27,650 nucleotides of DNA, from NCBI RefSeq assembly GCF_003428155.1, contig NZ_QLIR01000023.1:1-27650 (forward strand), given 5' to 3'. Shown here piece by piece: positions 1 to 10,018 of the stretch (position 1 is its first letter; each line of letters starts with the position of its first letter). The notes beneath the pieces are model-generated. The model was not told the DNA's origin. It saw only the letters and a list, made by a program, of their open reading frames with translations, and ran no database searches. Made by a program: the position numbers and the translations under genes. Source of the stretch: Fastidiosibacter lacustris (lineage in GTDB: Bacteria; Pseudomonadota; Gammaproteobacteria; Francisellales; Francisellaceae).

Positions 1-6
1 GAGAGT

Positions 7-124
7 TACCTGATGATAATAGCGACTGTGAACCACCTGAATCCATTCCGAACTCAGAAGTGAAAACAGTTAGCGTCGATGATAGTGTGGCATTCGTCAT
101 GTGAAAGTAGAACATCATCAGGTT
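7..124 (+). rRNA. rrf: 5S ribosomal RNA (3' end of an rRNA operon)
   Basis: The sequence acctgatgat...accacctgaatccattccgaactcagaagtgaaaacagttagcgtcgatgatagtgtgg...catgtgaaagtagaacatcatcaggt matches the conserved 5S core (CCGAACUCAGAAGUGAAA, GAUGGUAGUGUGG). The 5' ACCTGATGAT pairs with the 3' ATCATCAGGT as helix I and is followed by a T run. Ends are approximate. Confidence 0.95.
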
Positions 125-125
125 T

Positions 126-602
126 TTATTTATGTATTTTACTCATAAAATGAGGTATTTCTCTATTTATCCAAGTCATTTTCATGACCTTTGATTTATT
201 AATATAATATTGTTGATAGCTTGCTACGACATCCTTGATATCATTATCAGTTACTTTCAATGTCCAAGAAAAAGTTGTATTTGCCAAGGCTTTTGGCACA
301 TTAGATAGTATACCGCATAACATTTCAGACTTATGTAACTTTTGATAGCGGTATGTATATTCAGAACACAGCGCTATATAATGTTTGAGTAACCATTTAT
401 AATGCGCTTCGCTTTCTATCACCCATAATACGCAAGGATGGTTTTGGTGTGTTAAAGAATACAAAGCTTGATCATTACTGCCTGATAATCTGTGTACTGA
501 ACTTAAAATTTGTGCAGATTCTAATACCATTTTTACTACATGCTTATCACATTGATATCTAGCTGCCAAACTAGGATCTTTATCTAAAAAAAAGATATTC
601 AT
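126..602 (-). CDS. Phage-type hypothetical protein (MNIFFLDKDP..A..YQCDKHVVKM family)
   Basis: 158-aa ORF. The N-terminal 'NIFFLDKDPSLAARYQCDKHVVKMVLESAQ.LS..HR' resembles a family I recall from phage genomes. Function is unknown to me. The stop lies immediately beside the 5S rRNA 3' end. Confidence 0.6.
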   Translation of the reverse strand: MNIFFLDKDPSLAARYQCDKHVVKMVLESAQILSSVHRLSGSNDQALYSLTHQNHPCVLWVIESEAHYKWLLKHYIALCSEYTYRYQKLHKSEMLCGILSNVPKALANTTFSWTLKVTDNDIKDVVASYQQYYINKSKVMKMTWINREIPHFMSKIHK

Positions 603-1317
603 AGCATCTCAACCTGCAAATTATTTTTCCTAAAGTAAGCTTCCAGTTCTTCATAAGTGTCAAACCATTAAACGCATCATAACTTAATGTCATTTCTCCT
701 AGTTTAGTAACATTGCCATTACTATCATATTCAACATGATGGCTTTTATCATCAGTGTAACTGTTAAGCTTATTGTTATATTGGCTAAACTGTATTTTGC
801 CATTGATGCTACTGATACGCTTAGGGCGCTGTTTGTGGTCATAGCTAAAATGTAAGGTTAAACCACCTAAATATTTAACTTCTTCGGGTAATCTATGTTG
901 ATTCCATCGGTAATTAGCTTCTTCATAAATCGTTGAACCATGAGCTATTTTTTTCTGACGCAATAAACCCTTGTCATCATAATAGGTACTGACATTTACA
1001 CTCTTGCTTTTAACCTCTTTAGGAAAAACGTGGCAGTCATGGCTATGCTCAAATAGTTTCTGCCCAATTAGCTGCCCACGATCAAAGGTTTTTATTTGAT
1101 ATTCAATTGGATTTGGACTGTTAACAATATAATCCATCCTTTCAAGATGCATATTGCCATTAACGGGATTGACTGGATCACCAACTAAATGACAAGGATC
1201 TCCCAATTCCGAAAAAATATCTCGAGTATTTAAGTCTTTGCGGCAGGCATAGCTGCTTTCGATACAAAGAAATAAACCAGAGAGATAAGTAATCGTTATT
1301 AAAGCTTTTTTGACCAA
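580..1317 (-). CDS. Secreted YD-repeat/Rhs-like protein fragment
   Basis: 245-aa ORF with TTG start. It has a hydrophobic signal-like N-terminus (KKALITITYLSGLFLCIESSYAC), the 'GDPVNPVNGNM' motif typical of Rhs N-terminal regions, and YD-like segments (TYYDDKGLLRQKK, VEYDSNGNVTKLGEMTLSYDAFNGLT). It ends abruptly after YDAFNGLT and is probably truncated. Confidence 0.6.
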   Translation of the reverse strand: MVKKALITITYLSGLFLCIESSYACRKDLNTRDIFSELGDPCHLVGDPVNPVNGNMHLERMDYIVNSPNPIEYQIKTFDRGQLIGQKLFEHSHDCHVFPKEVKSKSVNVSTYYDDKGLLRQKKIAHGSTIYEEANYRWNQHRLPEEVKYLGGLTLHFSYDHKQRPKRISSINGKIQFSQYNNKLNSYTDDKSHHVEYDSNGNVTKLGEMTLSYDAFNGLTLMKNWKLTLGKIICRLRCYEYLFFR

Positions 1318-1541
1318 TTTATCATCTTCAAATCAGGTTAGGTACTGTTAGTAATAATATGAGGTTATGCTTAAGTGAGGTAGTGTTTTTGTGTAAAGAA
1401 TGGTTGTTTTATATAGTAAAACACAACGATAAGCCTAAATTGATTTATCTATTAGGTGCGTATTTGCATTGTCGATTGTGAGCACGAATTTGTATGGAGT
1501 ATGAACCAAAGCTTATTGTTACTCAAATATGAGACGTTGCT

Positions 1542-3065
1542 TTAATGATCCATAGTTAATTTAGTGCTTTTGGGTTTGGTTAACGTACAAATAAAAGGAA
1601 GGCAAAAAAGTAGCAATAAATAAGACAAATATGCAACATCATTAAAACCAATAATGTTTGCTTGTGTTGTGATGTTTTGTGCAATGATGGCTAAGGTCGT
1701 TGGATCTTGAGCTTGCCAATTTGTATGTTGAAGCCAAGTTTGATAGTAAGGATTGCTTGGATCAATATGCCTAACCATGCTGTACCAAGCTACTTGAGCC
1801 TGTTGGGTGAGTACTGTGACCATTATAGATGTGCCAACGGATGTGCCGAGGTTTCTAAAGAAGCTAAACATACCGCTACCTTCAGCTAAATCTTGGGGCT
1901 TTACTGTTTGTAATGCCATAGTGGATACAGGAACGAAGAAAAAACCCATGCCAATACCTTGAATGATGCCTGGATACATCAAATTCCACGTGTCGCTCAT
2001 CAGTGGTATTTGTGCATATAAATAATTGCCATAAGCGGTTATGGTAATGCCTAGGAAGATGATAAGGCGTAAATCCAGTTTTTTGGATAATGGTGAAATG
2101 AACATCATTGCGATAGCAGCTGCAATACCGCGTGGCATCATAAGTTCACCCGATAGTGCTGCAGAGTAATTCATAAAGCGTTGCATAATCAGAGGTTGAA
2201 TGGTCATTAATCCAAATATGCCAGCGGTATATAGTACGAGTAAAATGCAGGATGCAGCATAATTTCGATCTTTGAATAAATGCAAATTAAGAATATTTTT
2301 AGGGTTAAACCATCCTCGAATAATAAAGACGATGCCAACGATCAACCAGAACGTTAGCATGGCAACTATAAAGTGTGATGATAGCCAACCGTCATTATTG
2401 CCACGATCAAGAAAAATTTGTAAAGTAGAGATTGCTATGATCATAAGGAATAACCCGAGCCAATCGATATTAAGCTTCTCACGTTTGGTTTCACTGATAA
2501 ACAAGACAGTCATCACAATTGCAATTAAACATACTGGAATATTGATATAGAAAATCCAACGCCAATTCATCCAATCTGTAATATAGCCCCCTAATGTAGG
2601 ACCAAGTACAGGAGCAGCCATGATTCCAACACCCCACACTGCCATTGCCTTGATTTGTTCTTTGGGTGGAAAAGTGTCTCTTAATACATATTGAGAAAGG
2701 GGAACTAAAGAAGCGCCAAAGATGCCTTGCATAATCCTAAAAAATATCATTTCTCCAAGGGAAGCTGATAAGCCGCAGAGCATAGAGAAAATAAGGAAAC
2801 CGATAATGTTAATTAAAAGCAGACGTTTTCTGCCAATGGTACGCACAAAAAAACCTGTTAACGGCATGCAGATTGCTGATGAAACTATATATGAGGTGAC
2901 AACCCATGAAATTTCTTCAGCACTGGCACCAAGAGAACCTGCCATATCTTGTAAAGCGACGTTAACTATTGTGGTGTCGATGATTTCGATCATCGCTGCA
3001 AGCATAACAGTTACCGTAATAAGCCACTTCATAGTATTGGAAGCGATATGGTTTTGTTGTGTCAT
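1542..3065 (-). CDS. DHA2-family MFS multidrug transporter (EmrB/QacA type)
   Basis: 507-aa polytopic protein. The motifs 'IEIIDTTIVNVALQDMAGSLGASAEEISWVVTSYIVSSAICMPLTGF' and 'GFFVRTIGRKRLLL' are typical of the EmrB subfamily. Confidence 0.9.
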   Translation of the reverse strand: MTQQNHIASNTMKWLITVTVMLAAMIEIIDTTIVNVALQDMAGSLGASAEEISWVVTSYIVSSAICMPLTGFFVRTIGRKRLLLINIIGFLIFSMLCGLSASLGEMIFFRIMQGIFGASLVPLSQYVLRDTFPPKEQIKAMAVWGVGIMAAPVLGPTLGGYITDWMNWRWIFYINIPVCLIAIVMTVLFISETKREKLNIDWLGLFLMIIAISTLQIFLDRGNNDGWLSSHFIVAMLTFWLIVGIVFIIRGWFNPKNILNLHLFKDRNYAASCILLVLYTAGIFGLMTIQPLIMQRFMNYSAALSGELMMPRGIAAAIAMMFISPLSKKLDLRLIIFLGITITAYGNYLYAQIPLMSDTWNLMYPGIIQGIGMGFFFVPVSTMALQTVKPQDLAEGSGMFSFFRNLGTSVGTSIMVTVLTQQAQVAWYSMVRHIDPSNPYYQTWLQHTNWQAQDPTTLAIIAQNITTQANIIGFNDVAYLSYLLLLFCLPFICTLTKPKSTKLTMDH

Positions 3066-3283
3066 GTCAGGATACCTAAATTTAAACGCAACTATTGTAA
3101 AATCATTTACGTTTATTGTATAGGATGGATAAACAAATAATACATAGAACGGATCTCATTCGAATCTTACTATAATCATTTTGCGAACAGCGATTTTGAA
3201 ACCATTATGCTAAACTGTGTGTGACCTGTTTTTAGGAAATGAGCTATACTGACGCGCAATAATTAGAATATAAATAACTAAAT

Positions 3284-4036
3284 ATGAAATTCAGGACAAT
3301 AAGTATAAGTACTTTTGCTTTGGCGCTATCTGGCTGTGCTACTCAACAAAATCGGGATCCGTGGGAAGGCTATAATCGGGCAATATTTAAATTTAACCAG
3401 ATAACCTATGATTATGCATTTATTCCTGCGGCTAAAGGCTATGTTTATATTGTTCCTAATGAAGTTCAAACGGGAATCGATAATACTTATAATAATATTT
3501 TAGAACCAGGACGTGTAGCGAATAATTTGTTGCAATTTAATTTAGATTATGCTTGGCGCGATACGGCGCGTTTCTTGGCTAATACAATCTTTGGGGTTTT
3601 TGGTTTATTTGATGTGGGGAAGACGCTGGGTTTGCCAAGAAGAACACAAAATTTTGGATTTACACTTGCAAAATGGGGTTATCGTTATTCGCCATATTTT
3701 ATTTTGCCGATTTTAGGACCTAATACTTTTGGTGGGGCAACAGGTAACTTGGTCGATAGTGTATTTAATCCATTAAATTATACGTATATTTCACCACGAG
3801 TTGTAAGCTGGAGCGCTTATGGTATATATAAATCAAATGAGGGAGTGCAATATTTATCTTTATATGAAAGATTAATGAATAGCTCAATTGATCCATATAT
3901 TGCAGCACGTAATGCGTACTTGCAAAATTATGATTATGAGCTTGATAAAACGTTGCAAACTAAAGAGAACAATAGGCAACAAAACAGTTTTGCAAGTGAT
4001 AGAGATGTACTTGACATCTTAGATCAACAAGAGTAA
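3284..4036 (+). CDS. mlaA: MlaA (VacJ) family outer-membrane lipoprotein
   Basis: Lipobox-like LALSGC. 'DPWEGYNRAIFKFNQ.D' start, 'NNILEPGRVANNLLQ', 'TLGLPRRTQNFGFTLAKWGY..SPYFILPILGPNTF' are hallmark VacJ/MlaA motifs. Confidence 0.93.
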   Translation: MKFRTISISTFALALSGCATQQNRDPWEGYNRAIFKFNQITYDYAFIPAAKGYVYIVPNEVQTGIDNTYNNILEPGRVANNLLQFNLDYAWRDTARFLANTIFGVFGLFDVGKTLGLPRRTQNFGFTLAKWGYRYSPYFILPILGPNTFGGATGNLVDSVFNPLNYTYISPRVVSWSAYGIYKSNEGVQYLSLYERLMNSSIDPYIAARNAYLQNYDYELDKTLQTKENNRQQNSFASDRDVLDILDQQE

Positions 4037-4075
4037 GTTTTTATCATTTTTACGATAATTCTTACAGAAAGGAAA

Positions 4076-4651
4076 ATGATTTACCTTGCCTCTCAATCGC
4101 CCAGAAGAGCAGAGCTGCTTCGCCTTGCTAATATTCCTTTTCAGCAATTTAGCGTTGATATTGATGAGACCGTTTTAGCAAATGAAATTCCCTTAAGTTA
4201 TTTAAAGCGTGTAATTACTTTAAAACGAATAGCTGCAGAAGCGATATGTCGACAACAAGACAAACCGATTTTAGTTGCTGATACCATTGTTGCACTTGAA
4301 GGTGAAATTCTTACTAAACCCTTAAACTTCGAAACCTTTTGTGATTATATGAGCAAATTAAGTGGCAAATGGCATCAAGTGTTGACTGTTTTTGCATTAA
4401 GCTATCAAGGGAAGGTACATGAAGAGGTAAGTATCAGTGAAGTTTTATTTGCTCGCTTATTAGAGCTTGAAATAAAACAATATTGGCGAACAGGTGAACC
4501 GCAAGATAAAGCAGGTGGTTATGCTATTCAAGGAGTTGGTGCGCGTTTTGTCAAGGCATTTAAAGGTGACTTTAATAACATTATCGGGTTGCCGATTGAC
4601 GCATTGAAAAAAGCACTTGATTCGCTAGAAATTCCAATGACAAAATCATAG
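4076..4651 (+). CDS. maf: Maf-family nucleotide pyrophosphatase (YhdE-like dTTP/UTPase)
   Basis: 'LASQSPRRAELL', 'DETVL.NE', 'VADTIVALEGEIL.KP' and 'YWRTGEPQDKAGGYAIQGVGARFV' are Maf signature motifs. Confidence 0.92.
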   Translation: MIYLASQSPRRAELLRLANIPFQQFSVDIDETVLANEIPLSYLKRVITLKRIAAEAICRQQDKPILVADTIVALEGEILTKPLNFETFCDYMSKLSGKWHQVLTVFALSYQGKVHEEVSISEVLFARLLELEIKQYWRTGEPQDKAGGYAIQGVGARFVKAFKGDFNNIIGLPIDALKKALDSLEIPMTKS

Positions 4652-4710
4652 ATTATTTAAGTCAAGGAACGTACACTACCTTCATTAAAACAAATTGATA
4701 TAAAGAAAAT

Positions 4711-5448
4711 ATGGCAATTGAACACTTTGAAGTAGAGTTGGTGGATGCAAGCATGATCGCACCAAATGTTAAACATCTAGTATTTAAAAAAGCAGATGGT
4801 AGCAAATTTGAGTTTGTACCAGGACAGTTTATTACGTTTTTATTTGATCATGAAGATGGAAAACTCAGACGTAGAAGCTATAGCGTTGCAACGATTCCAA
4901 ACCAAACAGATTTAATTGAGATTGCAATTTCATATGTTGATGGTGGCATTGCCTCTGAAAACTTTTTTAACATGCAAAAGGGTCAGTGTTTTAATGTGAT
5001 GGGACCTGCTGGACGCTTGATATTAAAAGAGAATGAAGTTATTGATAAACTGATTTTAGTCGGAACGGGAACTGGCATTGCGCCTTATCGTGCAATGTTA
5101 CCAAGCTTACAAACGGCTCTAACAAAGAATGTGAAAACTGTTTATATTCTTTTAGGTGTGCAATATCAACAAGATGCAATCTATGCTAAAGATTTCCGTC
5201 AATATGTAAAAAACACTCCAAACTTGCATTTTATCGCCTGTTTAAGCCGAGAAGAAAATGCTTTGTTGGAAGATGAAGTAAAAGGCTATGTCCAGCGTTA
5301 TTTTGAAAAATTGGATTTAAATCCTGCACACGATGTCGTTTACTTGTGTGGTAATCCCAATATGATTGATGATGCATTTGCACTTTTATCTGAATATGGT
5401 TTTGATGCTAAGCATGTCAGACGTGAGAAATATATTTCATCTAACTAA
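4711..5448 (+). CDS. Ferredoxin/flavodoxin--NADP reductase-like FAD-binding oxidoreductase
   Basis: 'RRRSYSVATIPNQTDLIEIAISYVDGG' FAD-binding, 'LVGTGTGIAPYRAMLPSL' NAD(P)-binding and 'VYLCGNPNMIDDAFALL' motifs. Confidence 0.85.
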   Translation: MAIEHFEVELVDASMIAPNVKHLVFKKADGSKFEFVPGQFITFLFDHEDGKLRRRSYSVATIPNQTDLIEIAISYVDGGIASENFFNMQKGQCFNVMGPAGRLILKENEVIDKLILVGTGTGIAPYRAMLPSLQTALTKNVKTVYILLGVQYQQDAIYAKDFRQYVKNTPNLHFIACLSREENALLEDEVKGYVQRYFEKLDLNPAHDVVYLCGNPNMIDDAFALLSEYGFDAKHVRREKYISSN

Positions 5449-5518
5449 ACCTTCTCCACCTTATTTGTAGAATTTGAGATTAATCTAGTTTGGCTTAGTC
5501 ATGGAAATGGCAAGATCA

Positions 5519-6511
5519 TTACTCCTCTTTAAGCCCTCGAGTTAATAGTCTTTTGGCAATCGTTAGCATATCCATGTCTTGGTGTATGATATTATAAATG
5601 GCTTCAACGATGGGCATTGGTACTGCATATATTTGTGCAATTTTATGTACAACTTTAGTGGTAGCAATACCTTCAACAACTTGCTGAACTTCACGACAGG
5701 CTTGTTCTTTTGTTTTCCCCTGCCCAATTAAGACGCCAAATCGCCGATTGCGTGATTGATTGTCGGTACAGGTTAAAAGCAAATCTCCCAATCCACTCAA
5801 GCCATAAAAAGTCTCAAGGTTGCCGCCTAATGCTAGACCTAATTGTGTGAGCTCATTTAAGCCGCGTGTGATGAGACCAGCCCTGGCATTGGCACCAAAT
5901 CCTAATCCATCAGAAATGCCGCAAGCAATAGCAAGTATATTTTTAACTGCACCACCAATTTCAGCACCTGTTACATCTGTGGAGCTATAACAACGAAAGT
6001 TTTCACTATTAAAAAGTGTTTGAATATGTTTGGCATAATCAATGTCGTGAGCAGCAGCAAGAATAGCAGTTGGCAAGCCTTTTGCCACTTCTTTAGCAAA
6101 ACTTGGTCCTGTAATCAAACCAAAATTATTGTCTCTTAAAGTTTGTGCAACCAGTTGATCTAATAGTTGATAACTATTATGACAAAAGCCTTTTGTCGCT
6201 GAGATAATCCCTTGATTAGATAAAAGATAAGGTTTTAAAGTATTAATTGTATCAATAAAACCTAAGCTTGGAGTAGCAATGAGAATATCACTACACTGAT
6301 GAATAATGTATGACCAGTTATCAATGGCAAGTAGATTGGCTGGAAAAGGTGAATCAGGTAAATAATCATTGTTATGCTTGTCTTTTACCATTTTGGTATT
6401 GTGTTCGGTTTTCCACGAGTGAATATAAACAAGGTGACCTACACGAGCAAGTTGTAAAGCAAGTGCTGTACCCCAAGAGCCAGCGCCCATCACAAGAATT
6501 TGTTTGTTCAT
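5519..6511 (-). CDS. gpsA: NAD(P)H-dependent glycerol-3-phosphate dehydrogenase
   Basis: 330 aa. 'GAGSWGTALALQLARVGH', 'GPSFAKEVAKGLPTAILAA', 'GAEIGGAVKNILAIACGISDGLGFGANARAGLITRGLNEL'. Confidence 0.96.
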   Translation of the reverse strand: MNKQILVMGAGSWGTALALQLARVGHLVYIHSWKTEHNTKMVKDKHNNDYLPDSPFPANLLAIDNWSYIIHQCSDILIATPSLGFIDTINTLKPYLLSNQGIISATKGFCHNSYQLLDQLVAQTLRDNNFGLITGPSFAKEVAKGLPTAILAAAHDIDYAKHIQTLFNSENFRCYSSTDVTGAEIGGAVKNILAIACGISDGLGFGANARAGLITRGLNELTQLGLALGGNLETFYGLSGLGDLLLTCTDNQSRNRRFGVLIGQGKTKEQACREVQQVVEGIATTKVVHKIAQIYAVPMPIVEAIYNIIHQDMDMLTIAKRLLTRGLKEE

Positions 6512-6590
6512 GATAAGTAAAAATTTAAGAAGTTTGTGAGGTATTGTAACGTTATTAACTTAGAGGCTTCAACTGTGATATGTAGGATTA

Positions 6591-7328
6591 TTAACGAGTA
6601 CGCTTTATTTCGGCAAGGACGTTATTCGATTTTTCAAGTTGCTTTCTGTAATATTCTAAATTTTGCTCGGCCTCACGCTTTAATTGACGAATTTGACCAT
6701 TTAAAAAAGCAATTTGTCCTTCTAAGGCATCGCGTAGGTCAGAAATGCGTTGAGTTGTTTGTTCTTTAAGTGCTTCGGCATAAATGCGTGCCTCTTTTGC
6801 CACCTGCTCAGCAGATTCACGTCGAGTTTGTTCCTTAACAAGAGCGGCATAAAGCTTGCGCACCTTGATTTCGGGATTACTTTCATTAAGTACCATGCTC
6901 CACTCATCTGACATACTGCTGAGGATATCGCTGCTTAATGATTGTGAACTTGCTAATAGCGCTTCAATCATAGGATCGGTATTTTTTGTGACTGTGACTT
7001 TGTTATGAGTATAATCAGAGGATTGAGTTTGATTTAATTGGGTGACTCCTTTTCCCTGATTTGCTTGTGTTTTTTCTAAAGCAGTTGCTTGAGTTATTGG
7101 CTGCATGTTTTCTTCTTTTTTAGAGGTAATTAATACTTCTTGTTTGATATTTTGAGGTACAGCGTTTTCCTGCTCGTCTCGCCATTGTTTTAAAAATTTA
7201 CTGATGGTGGTGGGACTGCCACGACCTATTGTATCTCTAACATTGTTGATGCTAGGTTTATTGCCTTGTGCATGCAAAGTTGCGATTGCGTTTAGTATAT
7301 CTTGGTAAGATAATCCTGGGCTAGCCAT
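6591..7328 (-). CDS. KfrA-type DNA-binding protein (KfrA N-terminal domain plus coiled coil)
   Basis: 'YQDILNAIATLHAQGNKPSINNVRDTIGRGSPTTISKFLKQWRDEQ' matches the KfrA_N domain pattern, followed by an extended coiled-coil C-terminus. The track ORF extends to 7379. I prefer the internal ATG (MASPGLSY) at 7328. Confidence 0.85.
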   Translation of the reverse strand: MASPGLSYQDILNAIATLHAQGNKPSINNVRDTIGRGSPTTISKFLKQWRDEQENAVPQNIKQEVLITSKKEENMQPITQATALEKTQANQGKGVTQLNQTQSSDYTHNKVTVTKNTDPMIEALLASSQSLSSDILSSMSDEWSMVLNESNPEIKVRKLYAALVKEQTRRESAEQVAKEARIYAEALKEQTTQRISDLRDALEGQIAFLNGQIRQLKREAEQNLEYYRKQLEKSNNVLAEIKRTR

Positions 7329-7531
7329 GGTATTTGTATCCTTATTGATTATTTGATTATATAGCCTAACGAGAAACATTAGAGTTATTCACTAAAAACT
7401 GCCGAAATTATAGCAAGATATTTGTTTGCGTCAAACATTCATATGCGGCGAGCATATATTTTGTTATGATAGTGGGCAAATTTATTAAATGCCTTGATGC
7501 AGCCTAACTAAAATTATCAAGAGGAAATAAT

Positions 7532-9778
7532 ATGACATTGACAAAGTTGATTTATACCTATACAGATGAAGCACCAATGCTTGCAACCTATTCATTGTTA
7601 CCAATTATTCAAGCCTTCACTAAGCCATGTGGCATTGAGGTAGAAACAAAAGATATTTCATTGGCGGCACGTATTTTGGCGCATTTTCCGGAAAGTTTAA
7701 CTAAAGAACAACGCTGTGAAGATGATTTAGCAGTATTAGGTGAGCTGGCTAAAACACCAGATGCTAATATTATTAAATTGCCAAATATCAGCGCATCTAT
7801 TCCTCAGTTGCAAGCGGCGATTTCAGAATTACAAGCTCAAGGTTATAATATTCCTAATTACCCGGTAGATGCCAATACCGATGAGCAAAAAGAAATAAAG
7901 TCACGTTATACCAAAATACTAGGTAGCGCTGTCAATCCTGTATTGCGTGAGGGTAACTCAGATAGAAGAGTAGCAAAAGCCGTAAAAGAATATGCTAGAA
8001 AGCATCCACACTCAATGGGGGAGTGGTCAAAAGCTTCTAAATCACATGTAGCACACATGAGTGAAGGCGATTTTTATGGTAGTGAGCAATCTGTAGTGGT
8101 TGCCGGAAACACGAGTTTCAAGATTGTTTTTACAGCAAAAAATGGCTCAACAGAGCTGTTGAAAGCTCAGGCTCCACTATTAAAAGGTGAAGTGATTGAC
8201 GCCTCAAAGATGAGTGTAAAGGCGCTACGTGCATTCTTTGAACAACAAGTCGATCAAGCCCAAAAGGATGATATCTTATTGTCTTTACATATGAAGGCAA
8301 CGATGATGAAAGTATCTGATCCAATTATCTTTGGCCATGCAGTAAGCATTTACTATAAAGATGTATTTACTAAGTATAAAGATCAATTTGCGCGCCTTGG
8401 CATAGATCCAAACAATGGCATTGGTGATGTTTATGCTAAGCTTCAAAAGCTACCAGAAACTGAACAAGCTATGATTAAAAGAGATTTAGAAGTCGTATAT
8501 CAAACTAAAGCAAAGCTTGCAATGGTTGATTCTGATAAAGGTATTACTAATCTACATGTACCAAACGATGTGATTATTGATGCTTCAATGCCAGTCATGA
8601 TTCGTTCATCAGGTAAAATGTGGGGTAGAGATGGTAAGCTTCATGATACAAAAGCGATGATTCCAGACCGCTCATATGCTGGCATTTATCAAGAAACAAT
8701 CAATTTTTGTAAACAAAATGGTGCGTTTGATCCAAGAACGATGGGGAGTGTTGCCAATGTCGGTCTTATGGCAAAGAAAGCTGAAGAATATGGTTCACAC
8801 GATAAAACGTTTGAAATTAAAGAAGATGGCAAAGTGTCCGTTATTGATGAAAAAGGCAATGTACTGTTATCTCATGAGGTTGAAAAGGGTGATATTTGGC
8901 GCATGTGTCAAACTAAAGACATCGCAATTCAAGATTGGGTGAAATTGGCACTTATGCGTGCCCGCTTAACGCATACGCCTGTTGTTTTTTGGCTGGATAA
9001 AAATAGAGCACATGATGCCAATATGATCACAAAAGTTAACACTTATTTGAGAAATCATGATACATCTGACCTTGATATTCACATTATGTCACCAGCTGAT
9101 GCAATGCACTTTTCTTTACAAGCCATTAAAGTAGGTAAAGACGTTATTTCAGCAACGGGTAACGTGTTGCGTGATTATCTAACAGATTTGTTCCCTATTT
9201 TAGAATTAGGGACAAGTGCCAAAATGCTATCTATCGTACCGCTTTTAGCAGGCGGGGGGTTGTATGAAACAGGTGCAGGTGGTTCTGCACCTAAGCATGT
9301 ACAGCAGTTTATCACTGAAAATCATTTACGGTGGGATTCATTGGGTGAGTTTTTGGCTCTTGGCGCGTCATTAGATGATCTTGCAAACAAAACAAATAAT
9401 AGTAAGGTGCGTGTGCTTGCAGAATGTTTAGATCAAGCCAATGCTAAATTTTTAGATAATAATAAATCACCATCCCGTAAAGCTGGTGAGATTGATAATA
9501 GAGGCAGTCATTTTTATTTAGCACTTTATTGGGCACAGAGTCTGGCATATCAAACAAAAGATAAGCAATTGGCGGAAGTCTTTAACCCAGTTGCAAAGGC
9601 ACTACAAGATAATGAAGGTAAAATTGTTGCTGAACTTAATGACGTACAAGGTGCGAAGGTCGATATTGGGGGCTATTATCATCCAACCCCTGAGAAAGTT
9701 ATGAAAGTAATGCGTCCGAGTGCTAGCTTTAACCATATCCTTAATGCGTTAACAAAAGAAAGTATAGCTGCTGTATAA
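7532..9778 (+). CDS. icd: NADP-dependent isocitrate dehydrogenase, monomeric type
   Basis: 748 aa. '[28 protein letters not shown]', '[24 protein letters not shown]', '[33 protein letters not shown]'. Good SD (agagg) 6-9 nt upstream. Confidence 0.96.
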   Translation: MTLTKLIYTYTDEAPMLATYSLLPIIQAFTKPCGIEVETKDISLAARILAHFPESLTKEQRCEDDLAVLGELAKTPDANIIKLPNISASIPQLQAAISELQAQGYNIPNYPVDANTDEQKEIKSRYTKILGSAVNPVLREGNSDRRVAKAVKEYARKHPHSMGEWSKASKSHVAHMSEGDFYGSEQSVVVAGNTSFKIVFTAKNGSTELLKAQAPLLKGEVIDASKMSVKALRAFFEQQVDQAQKDDILLSLHMKATMMKVSDPIIFGHAVSIYYKDVFTKYKDQFARLGIDPNNGIGDVYAKLQKLPETEQAMIKRDLEVVYQTKAKLAMVDSDKGITNLHVPNDVIIDASMPVMIRSSGKMWGRDGKLHDTKAMIPDRSYAGIYQETINFCKQNGAFDPRTMGSVANVGLMAKKAEEYGSHDKTFEIKEDGKVSVIDEKGNVLLSHEVEKGDIWRMCQTKDIAIQDWVKLALMRARLTHTPVVFWLDKNRAHDANMITKVNTYLRNHDTSDLDIHIMSPADAMHFSLQAIKVGKDVISATGNVLRDYLTDLFPILELGTSAKMLSIVPLLAGGGLYETGAGGSAPKHVQQFITENHLRWDSLGEFLALGASLDDLANKTNNSKVRVLAECLDQANAKFLDNNKSPSRKAGEIDNRGSHFYLALYWAQSLAYQTKDKQLAEVFNPVAKALQDNEGKIVAELNDVQGAKVDIGGYYHPTPEKVMKVMRPSASFNHILNALTKESIAAV

Positions 9779-10018
9779 AAGATGCGTTTTAATATGGGGG
9801 GGAAGGATACTTTTGAAGTGGTATAAACGGTGGTAGGTTAGAGTTTTAGTTTTCTGACTATAAATTTTTTCGAAAGTATTAAAATAACTGTGTAAATTCA
9901 TTTATAGATTTGTGTTGTCCCAATTGCCCTATTGTTGGCGACAAGTACTTCCTTGGCTTAAAGTAACGTTTTTGCATAAATAGCGCGTCCATCAGGTGGT
10001 AAAAACAAGGTCACCAAA

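Noticed and set aside
1542-3065. Possible emrAB efflux operon
   Set aside because: No emrA-like membrane fusion gene is adjacent. Only the MFS permease is supported.
2722-3123. 133-aa plus-strand ORF antisense to the MFS transporter, along with 1707..1889 and 2272..2550
   Set aside because: They lie opposite a strongly supported coding frame and show no recognisable motifs. They look like antisense shadow ORFs.
6310-6769. Plus-strand ORFs 6310..6513 and 6536..6769 overlapping gpsA and the KfrA-like gene
   Set aside because: They are out-of-frame or antisense to well-supported genes, with no homology pattern or convincing start signals.
8130-8942. Small ORFs (8130..8324 and 8676..8942) inside icd
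   Set aside because: Both overlap the conserved monomeric IDH coding sequence and lack independent evidence.
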